Positions 11,866-22,334 are shown, counted from the first letter of the stretch. The stretch: DNA of 30,910 bases from Octopus sinensis (GCF_006345805.1 NW_021832509.1:1-30910); one strand, 5' to 3'. Notes: generated by a model not told the origin, from the letters alone. A program made the numbers and translations.

Positions 11866-12776
11866 TTCTTTTACTTGATTCGGTCATTAGACTGCTGCCA
11901 TGCTGCAGCACCGCCTTAAAGGATTTTAGTCGAATGAATCGACGCCAGTATTCTTTTATATTTTGAGCCTGGTATTTATTCTATCGGTCTCTTTTGTGGC
12001 GAACCGTTAAGTTACGGGGGCGTAAACACACCAACAAGGTTGTCAACCGGTGGCGGGGGACTAACACAGAAACATACACAAGTAAACATATATATACATA
12101 CATACATATATATAGTATATATATATATATATATTATATATATATATATATAGATATATATATATATAATATATATATATATATACATATTTATATATAT
12201 ATATATATTATATAAAAATCTTTTCTGTATGGTGTGTGTGTGTGTGTGTGTGTGTGTCTTCTAGGATCTCGGGCATCCTCCATCCGATTGTGCTCATATT
12301 TGATATGTAGATACCGACGATATCAGGGCGTGTATAAGTCTTGAAAAATTTACAAAAATCGATTCCAGGTGAGAATGCGATCGATAAAGCCGTTTTTATC
12401 CTGCTTTTTTCTGTCAACCTGTACATAACTGCACCTTCCATTTTTTGTTATTTTTATACTGCTTAAAGGCACGTTTCTTTCCTGCCAAGCTTACTATTTA
12501 AACCATGTTTGTGTTCTCCCAGGAAACAGCCTTATCATTACTGGTACTTTAAACTCTTCGGTTGCATATTTGTGTGAATAAAATCGTTTTTGTTTGGAAT
12601 AGAAAAAATTCATTCTTTATTTCTACTTTTGCTGGTGTCTCAAATTTAAGTTCAATCAGTGTTTCTCAAAGGGGAAGCCTATGGGACGGTCAGACAAGTT
12701 GTTTTGAGAAAATTTGGTTTAAATGTTTGACAACCTAGCACAGTCCATTGGAAGGGAGGCGTTTTGCTCGTGCATA

Positions 12777-12811
<35 letters not shown>

Positions 12812-12980
12812 TATATATATATATATACGGCGGACTTCTTTCTTTCAGTTTCCGTCTACCAATCCAATCACAAAGCTTTGGTCGGCCGAAGCTATAGCTC
12901 TAGATACATGCCAAAGATGCCACGCAGTGGGAGTGAACCCAAAACCACGTGGTTAGGAAGCAAGCTTCTTTTACATGCTA
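11866..12980 (-). mobile_element. SINE family A: tail (11866-12085) and head (12825-12980), possibly one copy split by inserted DNA
   Basis: Two halves collinear on the same strand, each bordered by (TA)n, with ~550 bp of unrelated sequence between them. Confidence 0.65.
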
Positions 12981-13344
12981 CAAATTAATTTACATTGCTG
13001 AGGTGCTTTTCAAACCAAGTATTCCTTTCTAAAAACCTCATATTCTACACAGTACGTTACGGATAAAATCAAATCGAACACAAAATCCATACTCCATATA
13101 GCCATTATTGAACTATTAGCAATGAGATATTACTTTCTGTACATTTATTTAATGACTTAATCATTTTATTGAAGTGAAGTGTTGTGAAGAAATAAATCTA
13201 ATGCAATCTACTCGTCTTTCAAGTTAGTTTAGCGTAGAGTTCCAACAGCGACTTCACTTAGTATTCCATTTCAGATCTGTCTCCGGTTTAAAGAGAGACA
13301 AAGTGGAGTAAAGATATAGAGATGATGAGAATGCGTTTATTTAC

Positions 13345-13377
13345 GGGTGTATATATATATATGTGTGTGTGTGTGCG

Positions 13378-13412
<35 letters not shown>

Positions 13413-14075
13413 GTTGTGTGTGTGTGGTTTTTGTGTGTGTATGAGAGAGAGAGAGAGAAAGAGAGAGAGTGTGTGTGTATGTGTATATATTTTGTGAGGG
13501 TGGGGAGTGCGCATGTGTATGTGCGTATATGTGTATATATTTATATAAAAGCATGATATAATGCATACACATACTGTGCATGTATATATATGTATATATA
13601 TATGTACATATAGGTTTTGGTAAGGAGGAGTAAGTTCTATAAACATACATATATATATATATAATATATATATATATTTATATGTTTATATATGCACCCA
13701 TCATTATATACCTGTACACATGCACGTACGTTCGTGTGTCTGTATGGGTGTGTGTACATATATAATATACATGTGCATATGTAAGTGTTTGCATATCCTT
13801 ATGTTAGTTATACATACACATACACATGTATATACATGTGTATGCATATATATCCATATATATATACATATATATATACCTATATATATGTGCATCCATG
13901 AATATATATATCTATACATATATGCGTGTGATCATGTGTGCGCGTATACGTGTGTGTGTTTGAGAGAGATCATGTGTGCCTATATACCTGTGTGTGTGTG
14001 TGTGTGTGTGGTGCATATATAATATACATGTGCACATGTAGGTGTTTGCATAGCTGCATGACAGTTATATGTGTG
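13345..14075. repeat. Mixed (GT)n/(GA)n/(TA)n low-complexity region
   Basis: Direct observation. Confidence 0.85.
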
Positions 14076-14319
14076 TGTGCGATGGTTTAAGCAGTTTGCT
14101 CTTTAGAATTTTCTCTTCTTCTCCATGACTCGAAACTAAATGAATAAATGATTTCTAACTTCCCACCTACAATGCAAAAAGACATCTATTTAACGATCCA
14201 TCAAGATTGTAACATCGGCTTAAGCAGAATAATGCATTTACCTTGTAAGCCATAATGCTACCATTACGTTCGGGGTATTTCGTTCTTCTATGGAAAGATA
14301 TAGTATTGATTTTTAATAT

Positions 14320-14725
14320 TGCCGCAATTTCACAGAATCTAAGTGAGGGTTATGTCGATTTAATTGACTCCAGCACTTGACTGGTACTTTATTTTAACCG
14401 TCCTGGAATGATAAGAGGCAAAGGTGACAAGTAGCTGGATTTGAACTAAGAACTTAAGCTAAATTACTGTAACTAAATACTGGATAAGAATATAATTCAG
14501 TGATTATGATCAAGCGATTTTAGAAACCCATCGTCTTTTATGAAGGATATGATGTAGGATGATAATAATTTGTAACATTAACACGAGATCCTCAATTCCA
14601 GGGGAGATGTATGTTAATTAAATTCCCCTCCCCTCCCCCATTCAGCATTTGACTGCTATGCAGTTTATCGATCCTCTGAAAGGAAGAAAGATAAAGTTAA
14701 CCTCAACGGATTGAATTTGAACTCA
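14320..14725 (-). mobile_element. Two highly diverged SINE family B fragments
   Basis: CTGGTACTTTATTTTAACCG..GATAAGAGGCAAAGG..GGATTTGAACT at ~14380-14450 and ATCGATCCTCTGAAAGGAAGAAAG..GAATTTGAACTCA at ~14665-14725. Confidence 0.6.
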
Positions 14726-14728
14726 TAG

Positions 14729-14753
14729 ATACATACATACATGCATACATACA

Positions 14754-14789
<36 letters not shown>

Positions 14790-15078
14790 TATACATACTT
14801 ACATACATACATACACACATACACACATACATGCAAGCATACATGCATGTATACATACATACATACATACATACGTACGTACGTACGTACGTACATACAT
14901 ACATACATACATACATACATGCATGCATACATTCATACATACATACGTACATTCATACATACATACATGCATACATGCATACATACACACATACATATAT
15001 ACATACATACATACATACATTCATACATACATACATACATACATACAACATACATACATACATACATACATTCATACA

Positions 15079-15112
<34 letters not shown>

Positions 15113-15514
15113 CATACATACATACATACTTACATACATACATACATACATGCATGCATGCATACATACATACGTACATGCATACATGCATACATACATA
15201 CATACATGCATACATACATGCATACATACATACATACATGCATACATGCATACATACGTACATACATACATACATACATACATACAAGCACACATACATA
15301 CATACATACATACATACATACAAGCACACATACATACATACATACATACATGCACACATACATACACACATATATACATACATACATACATACATGCACA
15401 CATACATGCACACATACATACACACATACATACATACATACATACATACATACATACATACATACATACATACATACATACATACATACATGCATACATG
15501 CATACATACATACA

Positions 15515-15542
<28 letters not shown>
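14729..15542. repeat. Long (CATA)n microsatellite (~810 bp)
   Basis: Direct observation; it is the source of the 200-300 aa pseudo-ORFs. Confidence 0.97.
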
Positions 15543-15545
<3 letters not shown>

Positions 15546-15946
15546 GTAACACACTGCCTAGATACCAATCTTGAGAAATTAGGCTTCTCAAAACCGGAAA
15601 GGAGAAAGCTGATTCGAGGACTACAGATCCAAGCCATCACTGGATCTGTAAAATCTGTAAAACTTTCCAGAGGTATATCATTCAAGCATATATGAGCATG
15701 TCTAGATATGCAAGTATACGCATGAGAATACATACGTAAAACAAAACACACAAATAATCTGCACGTATACACACATACGTACATACATACATACATACAT
15801 ACATACATACATACATACATACATACATACATACAAACAAACATATCCTGTTGTTCATGTTGAAATTCCAATGAAGGAGCCTTGGATCTGGGTTAGAAAC
15901 CTACCCTTTCTCTATTGGCAAGAAATCTTGAAATAAAACTGAATGA
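15543..15946 (+). mobile_element. 5'-truncated R4/Dong-like (RLE-type) non-LTR retrotransposon 3' end, copy 1
   Basis: Encodes YVTHCLDTNLEKLGFSKPERRKLIRGLQIQAITGSVK, then a 3' UTR. Flanked on both sides by (CATA)n. Confidence 0.75.
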
Positions 15947-15961
15947 CATACATACATACAT

Positions 15962-16200
15962 TATCCTGATTACAAGTTCACGTTTATGTCTGTAATTATT
16001 GGGGCCCTGGGATATGTAACACACTGCCTAAATAGCAGCTTCTCAAAACCAGAAAGGAGAGAGAAAAATAATTCGAAGACTACAAATCCAATTCATCACT
16101 GGAACTGTAAAATCTGTAAAACTTTCCAGAAGTTTATCATTCAAATATATATGAGCATGTCTAGATATGTAACTATATGTATAAGTAAATGTGAGAATGA
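15962..16200 (+). mobile_element. R4/Dong-like 3' fragment, copy 2
   Basis: YPDYKFTFMSVIIGALGYVTHCLN (IIGALG motif of the restriction-like endonuclease C-terminus), then ICKTFQKFII after a frameshift. Confidence 0.78.
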
Positions 16201-16594
16201 TAGTATTATCATCAAAATACCATCACTAGTGGCAAGCGAATAGCATCCGTACAGGCAAATTAATAAAACATATATATATATATATAATTTAGAGGACTGA
16301 CCACTAAAACTTGATCTTCGGACTTTTTAAAAATATGCTAGGCCACTGGTTTTAATTGATTAATGTCAATTTCTACCCTTATTTAATTTTATATACACAC
16401 ACATAATCACACACACACACACACAACACTCACACAAGGGTACTACATGAGTACCTGCATCGCTAAAAATAGAAACCAAAAATATTTTTGTGCACGTTAT
16501 AGTCACAAAATAAATACTGGCAAGGTAGGAAAAAATCCCCGTGAACAATAAAACCGTCTTACCTTTGCTAAGTGATGGTATTTTGATAATACTA
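16201..16594. mobile_element. Unclassified element bounded by ~24-27 bp inverted repeats
   Basis: TAGTATTATCATCAAAATACCATCACT (16201-27) versus AGTGATGGTATTTTGATAATACTA (16571-94); no clear TSD. Confidence 0.5.
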
Positions 16595-16603
16595 GAGAAA
16601 GTA

Positions 16604-16752
16604 TTTCTGTTTCCGCCATTCAAATCCACTCACAGAGCTTTGGTCGACCCGGGGCTATAGTAGAAGACACGTGCCCAAGGTTCCACGCCATGGGACTGAA
16701 CCTAGAACCATGTCGGAAAGCAAACTTTTCACCACACAACCACATCTGCACC
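16604..16752 (-). mobile_element. SINE family A, head part
   Basis: CAAATCCACTCAC..GGCTATAGTAGAAGACACGTGCCCAAGG..GGGACTGAACC. Confidence 0.85.
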
Positions 16753-16765
16753 TGTATATAAATAT

Positions 16766-17253
16766 TCAATACCAGACTTGAGAAATATTGCTTGAATACC
16801 AATCTTGAGAAATTAGGCTTCTCAAAACCAGAAAGGACAAAGCTGATTCGAAGACTACACTGCAACTGTAAAAATTTGTAAAACGTACCAGAAGTTTATC
16901 ATTCAAGTATATATGAACATGTCTAGATATGCAAGTATATGTATGAGAATAAATAAAAAAAACTTAATGCGGCCTTTTAAAGCCTAGCCAGGCTCATGGG
17001 CCCGGTTTCCCGGTTTCAATGGCGTGTGTGTTCCCCAGCTGGACAGGACGCCAGTCCATCGCAGTGTTACTCATTTTTGCCAGCTGAGTGGACTGGAGCA
17101 ACGTGAAATGAAGTGTCCAGTCCAGGAATCGAAACCACAATCTTACGATCATGTTGCTGACACCCTAACCACTAAGCCACGCGTCTCCAAATATGTATGA
17201 GAATATATACATAAAACAAGATATACAAATAATCTGCACGTATACATACATAC
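16766..17253 (+). mobile_element. R4/Dong-like 3' fragment, copy 3 (interrupted by a SINE)
   Basis: AATACCAATCTTGAGAAATTAGGCTTCTCAAAACCAGAAAGG.. homologous to copy 1; the 3' UTR resumes after the SINE at ~17191. Confidence 0.75.
16952..17190 (-). mobile_element. tRNA-derived SINE family D with 15-bp TSD
   Basis: Reverse complement GGAGACGCGTGGCTTAGTGGTTAGGG..GGTTTCGATTCCTGG..CTGCGATGGACTGGCGTCCTGTCCAG; TSD ATATGTATGAGAATA at 16937-16951 and 17191-17205. Confidence 0.88.
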
Positions 17254-17587
17254 AGTGTAAAATTCAGATACTAACCCAGGTTACATCTAATCGATTACAT
17301 TGCTTGGAATAAAGATAAGGTGATGTATGTATGCTCAAAGGCGATCTTGTTAGTTGAATGCACAGGAGAATAAGAAAATATTATGGAAGAGAAAATATTA
17401 AGTTTTGGCTTAATGAATTCCATAGTCATGTACTGAATGACGTAAAGAAAAATATTCTTAATCGATCAGAATTTAACTTCAAATTTATAAACAGAAAAGA
17501 AAATCTTAATTGCAAATTGCTAGTGAGTTTCAGTTAATTAGGGGAGCTTAACTGTTAGTTAGGGGAAGGTAATTTCGTTAAATTGAT

Positions 17588-17773
17588 TTCTAATTCTGGC
17601 ACAAGACCAGCAATTTCGGGAAAGTGACCAAGTCGATTAGATCGACCCCTATGCTCCACCGGCACCCATTTTATCGACAAACGATGAAAGGCAAAATCGA
17701 CCTGGCGGAATTCGAACTCAGAGCGAAATGCAGTTAAGCATTTTGCCCAGCGTGCCAACGATTCTGCCAGCTC
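17588..17773 (-). mobile_element. SINE family B
   Basis: ATCGACCCC..GATGAAAGGCAAAATCGACC..ACGATTCTGCCAGCTC. Confidence 0.8.
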
Positions 17774-17835
17774 ACAATATTCTAATTTCATTAAATTGAG
17801 AATTAATTACGAATGATTGTTTGTATATTCATTAA

Positions 17836-18196
17836 CACGTCTAAACAGATTCAGATGCAAAATACGCTGATCGCTGTAGTGTATGTCACAGGAGAATAAC
17901 TTTCCCTCATTAGACGTCGGTGTGTTCGACACACTCAGATCATTGGCGCATATCATTCTACAACACTGGTGCTTCGATGCATTGTATTTATGAAATGTAG
18001 ACAAAGCCAGCAGCCACATTAGGCTCAGAGTTCCGGCTACTTCTGACTGACGCGACCCCAGATATCGAAACACCGGGGCTCCGGAATACCGTGCGTCACC
18101 GAGCCGCGTGTATTAAACACACTCATAAAAAGTTATTCCTCTATTACATACATTACACTGACCAGCATATTTTGCGTGTGAATATACTTAGAGGTG
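17836..18196. mobile_element. Fold-back MITE with TTAA flanks (piggyBac-like)
   Basis: TTAA|CACGTCTAA...TTAGAGGTG|TTAA; imperfect inverted arms of ~150 bp (e.g. GCAAAATACGCTGATC versus GACCAGCATATTTTGC). Confidence 0.72.
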
Positions 18197-18324
18197 TTAA
18201 GAACAATTATGCGAATAGTCATTCCAGATCTTGCAAATAACGATTTTTAAAGAATTAATTACTGAAAGCTAATTTACATGTTTGGTGGAACGTTTAGAGT
18301 TTGTAGGCAAGAAATAATGATAAA

Positions 18325-18370
18325 CATATTAGATACGTTTCGGTCTACTGGACACTCATCAGAATTATAT
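18325..18370 (-). ncRNA. Degenerate minimal hammerhead motif (second decayed copy at 18540-18575)
   Basis: Minus strand ATATAATT-CTGATGA-GTGTC-CAGTA-GACC-GAAA-CGTA-TC-TAATATG: both cores intact, stem II bulged, stem I poor. Confidence 0.5.
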
Positions 18371-18594
18371 ACTCTACTGAAATCTGTTTTACCAAAATCT
18401 GTTTTACAAATACAAAAATATATTAGCGTGTATAATTAGAATAATTACCAAATAAAATGAGCGAAATAAGCTAATAGTATGCAACTAATTTGCATAATTA
18501 GTGCTAAGTTACAACTTTGTAAACAAAGAATAACATTATAGACATGTCTCGGTCTCCTAGACACGGATCAAGATTGTGTAAATGTAATCTTTTT

Positions 18595-19260
18595 AAATCT
18601 TATATCTTTCCCTTCTTTCAGTCATTGGACTGCAGCCATGCTGGGGCACTAGCTCGAGGAGTTTAGTCGAAAAAAATCGACCCCAGTGCTTTTTCTTTTT
18701 AAGTCTTGTACTTATTCTATCGGTGTCTTCTGCCGAAATGCTAAGTTGCAGGGACGTTAACAAATGAAAACTGGGATCTTTTCGGTTTGAACGGCAGTTT
18801 TTTTCTAGCAGTGTCATATGAAATTGTCACCCATAATTATGATCCTAGTATCGATCTACTGCATTTCAATCTGTTTTAGGGTTAGGGGTGGGGGAAAGGT
18901 ATCTTTTTTTCTTCAGAAATGTAAATAAACCCAATTTGTTTCTTAAACGAGGGACATATTCATACAGCACAGAATGTTTTCACCTCAATAGACGTCATCG
19001 ATTGGTTGAAAATGCAGAAACTGAAGAAAAAAAACAAATATCTATAGTTTGTAAACTATTGAATTCTATAGTTTATAAACTATAGAATTTTCTCAATAAA
19101 GCCAAGAGAAAAAGATGTTTTATAAACACATTCTACCAGTATACGAAACTTAAAAGTGTTTAGTTACGTGGAAATTATTTTAAAAAACTGCCGGTCAAAC
19201 CGAAAAGATCCGAAAACTGGATGTCAACCACAGACAAAAAGACACACGCGCGCACATACA
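18595..19260 (-). mobile_element. SINE family A 3' part, interrupted by a MITE
   Basis: Family-A tail sequence at 18595-18773 resumes at 19212. Confidence 0.75.
18774..19211. mobile_element. 438-bp MITE, 30-bp TIRs, 8-bp TSD (Merlin-like)
   Basis: TIR GGATCTTTTCGGTTTGA(A/C)CGGCAGTTTTTT with one mismatch; TSD GAAAACTG at 18766-73 and 19212-19; internal TTAGGGTTAGGG. GG termini with an 8-bp TSD fit Merlin (inference). Confidence 0.92.
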
Positions 19261-19657
19261 TGCACATACACATACATGCGCACGCACGCACGCAGACACA
19301 CACTCACACACACACATACCGCATGAGGCATATGTATATATTCACCTATTATTCATTATATTATTAAATAAAATGTTTTAGGTTTTGGTTAATGAAAGTT
19401 TACGGGTAGATTGTAACATTTATTGACAATATTTTACGCATATTTACAATTCAAAATGGCTTCCCATTACGTTCCGTAGTTATGTTTGAATAATGAGTAA
19501 ATCATTATGTAGATTATCATATATAAATAATGGGTAAATGTTTATGCTGCACCCGGTATACATATATACTTATATACAGGCGCAGGAGTGGCTGTGTGGT
19601 AAGTGAGCGGTCTCTGGGAGTAAATTAACTCGTATATCGCAACATTACTGTATATAT

Positions 19658-19719
<62 letters not shown>

Positions 19720-19720
<1 letters not shown>

Positions 19721-19868
19721 ATGGGCTTCTTTCAGTTTCCACGAATCAAATCCACTCGCAAGTCTTATTAGTAGAAGACACTTACCTAAAGTGCCACATA
19801 GTGGGACTGAGCCTGGAACCATTGTTATTGAGAAGCAAGCGTCTTACCACAGAGTCACTCCAGCGCCT
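19720..19868 (-). mobile_element. SINE family A head (inverted short head at 19578-19610 on +)
   Basis: GGGCTTCTTTCAGTTTCC..GTGGGACTGAGCC..CTTACCACAGAGTCACTCCAGCGCCT. Confidence 0.8.
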
Positions 19869-20074
19869 AATTGTTTAAATATGTTTAATATTTATTTAGA
19901 TTAAAAGTGACCATCCGTGGTTCATAAAAATCAACCATCCGGAAAGGCTTTGGAGTAAAAGGTTCCGGGAAAGGGATACCGTACCTTTAGTCTGATATTA
20001 GTAAGAGTTTACTGCTACTTTTAGCAGGCCTAGTGACCTCGCAGAAGGATGCTTCCATACTTTGTAGTAATACC

Positions 20075-20491
20075 TATTTCTTTACTACCCACAAAGGCTT
20101 AAACATAGAGGGGACAAACAAGGACAGACAAATGGATTAAATTGATTATATCGACCCCAGTGCGTACCTGGTACTTATTTAATCGACCCCGAAAGGATGA
20201 AAGGCAAAGTCGACCTCGGCGGAATTTGAACTCAGAACGTAGCGGCAGACGAAATACCTATTTCTTTATTACCCACAAGGGGCTAAACACAGAGAGGACA
20301 AACAAGAACAGACAAACGGATTAAGTCGATTATATCGACCCCAGTGCGTAACTGGTACTTATTTATTCGACCCCGGAAGGATGAAAGGCAAAGTCGACCT
20401 CGGCGGAATTTGAACTCAGAGCGAAACGGCAGACGAAATACTGCCAAGCATATCGCCCGGCGTGCTAACGATTCTGCCAGCTCGCCGCCTT
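20075..20491 (-). mobile_element. SINE family B, one head plus two bodies, 15-bp TSD
   Basis: 184-bp body duplicated (20075-20258, 20259-~20441); TSD CTTTGTAGTAATACC at 20060-74 and 20492-506. Confidence 0.92.
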
Positions 20492-20741
20492 CTTTGTAGT
20501 AATACCGCACTTTAAACAAGGCTGTTAGTTTGTTTTCCTCCTTTCTCTTTTGATTGTTTACATGAATGTTGATGTTGTTATAGTTGTATTCACTGTCTCC
20601 TCATGTGACCCTTTCATTGAGAGAAGTAACGGCAACTGGGTGATTTGTGTGTTAGGCAATAAATGTACGGCCACGTGATCGGAATTTTCAATGCAATGTT
20701 AACGGTAGTACTTCAAATCGATTTAACTATATACATTTCAG

Positions 20742-20819
20742 CCTTAAGTAGCATCTAAAAATATTCGCTTTTACTCTCGGCGAGCATGAAGCAAAGAGAA
20801 AACATTAACCTGAGCAGAG
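20742..20819 (+). other. Candidate exon (possible start-codon exon, MKQRENINLSR)
   Basis: TTAAC..ACATTTCAG| acceptor and GAG|GTCAGT donor; AGCATGA start context at 20786; non-repetitive surroundings. Confidence 0.2.
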
Positions 20820-21024
20820 GTCAGTTGGAGATTTGCTGTGACCTGATTCTTCCTTGAGAGTCAACACCCTCTCTTTTGTGAGATCCTTTCTATGTTTTGT
20901 CTGTTCTTAAAATTATATTATACTACATATATAAGTATGTGTGTGTAGGTGTGAGTATGTTTAGGTGTGTATGTGTGAGCCCATGTGTGCATGTATATGT
21001 GCTTCTTTCTGTGTATGTTGATGG

Positions 21025-21046
21025 ATAGATAGAGAGATAGATAGAC

Positions 21047-21145
<99 letters not shown>

Positions 21146-21174
21146 CAGATAGATAGACAGACAGATAGATAAAG

Positions 21175-21237
<63 letters not shown>

Positions 21238-21264
21238 TAGATAACTAGATAGAGATAGATAGAC

Positions 21265-21312
<48 letters not shown>
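21025..21312. repeat. (GATA)n microsatellite
   Basis: Direct observation. Confidence 0.97.
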
Positions 21313-21493
21313 GTGTCGAGGGCGTATAGCCTAGTTAAAGTATTACACTCGCGATCGGGAGTGTAATACTCCTAATCGCGAGATAGTGGCTTCAATGGCG
21401 TTGTGTTCTTGAGCAAAATGATCTCACATGGTACTGCAATCACTTCCTGCAACATCGATTTGATGGAGGGAGTGAATTAATGTGCAGCACATA

Positions 21494-21859
21494 TGAGAGG
21501 GTGTTGAAATGTTCCTGGCTTTAAGGCTACCACGAAAGGCCTTCCGAGTTATTTTAAAAGGCTTAGAAGAACTGAAGGACCGCAGAAATAAGTGTGTGAA
21601 TCTGAGAGAGGAATGTTGAGTATCTCTTTACTCTTTTACTCTTTTACTTGTTTCGGTCATTTGACTGTGGCCATGCTGGAGCACCGCCGTTAGTCGAGCA
21701 AATCGACCGCAGGACTTATTCTTTTGTAAGCCTAGTACTTATTATATCGGTCTCTTTTGCCGAATCGCTAAGTTACTGGGACGTAAACACACCAGCATCG
21801 GTTGTCAAGCGATTTGGTGGGGGGCACAAACATATACACACACACATACTTATATATAT

Positions 21860-21920
<61 letters not shown>

Positions 21921-22160
21921 CATATATACGACGGTCTTCTTTCAGTTTCCGTCTACCAAATCTTCTGACAAGGCTTTGGTCGGCCCGAGGGTATAGTAGA
22001 AGACACTTGCCGAAGGTGCCACGCAGTGGGACTAAACCCGGAACCATGCGGTTCGTAAGCAAGCTACTCACCACACAGCCACTCCTACGCCTATTCATAA
22101 TTAACTGATTGTCTGGTATATTCTTTTAACCAAAGCCAGGAACTTTTCAACATCCTCTCG
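21494..22160 (+). mobile_element. Mariner deletion derivative (MITE) with TA TSD, containing a SINE A insertion
   Basis: 29-bp TIR (T/C)GAGAGG(G/A)TGTTGAAA(T/A)GTTCCTGGCTTT with TA on both sides. The interior encodes KGLEELKDRRNKCVNLREE, matching the mariner transposase C-terminal GxxxLxxRWxKCxxxxGxYxE. Confidence 0.9.
21622..22092 (-). mobile_element. SINE family A, full length
   Basis: Highly similar to the copies at 11066 and 25741; internal (TA)n. Confidence 0.92.
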
Positions 22161-22334
22161 TACATACATTTGATCTCTTCAAATAAATCATCTGTGACGG
22201 TTGATCAGTAAGAAATTGCAGAACTGTCCTTCTCGGACTACGAGAGACTGCTGTCCGTGTATGTATGCATGCATGAATGAATGCGGTCCGTATGAGATAT
22301 GACTCATCATCCGGCAAGCCGCAATACAAATACA

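Larger units (their letters stand above)
21319..22250 (+). mobile_element. Old tRNA-derived SINE family C, split by a mariner MITE
   Basis: 21319-21493 and 22163-22250 align collinearly with the reverse complement of 25044-25345 (GCGTTGTGTTCTTGAGCAAAA..; CAGTAAGAAATTGCAGAACTGTCCTTCTC). Confidence 0.7.

Noticed and set aside
12523-12543. Possible 21-nt microexon after TTCTCCCAG
   Set aside because: The donor (GTACTT) is weak and there is no independent support.
14741-15871. Long ORFs of 200-312 aa (HTYI/MYVC repeats) and similar ORFs throughout the window
   Set aside because: They are translations of (CATA)n, (TA)n, (GT)n, (GATA)n and (TAG)n tracts that lack stop codons; there is no coding signature.
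16496-16512. ATAGTCACAAAA, partial similarity to miR-153
   Set aside because: Only 12 nt match, the seed region differs, and there is no precursor hairpin.
18876-18888. Telomeric repeat TTAGGG
   Set aside because: Only two units, internal to a MITE; not a telomere or interstitial telomeric array.
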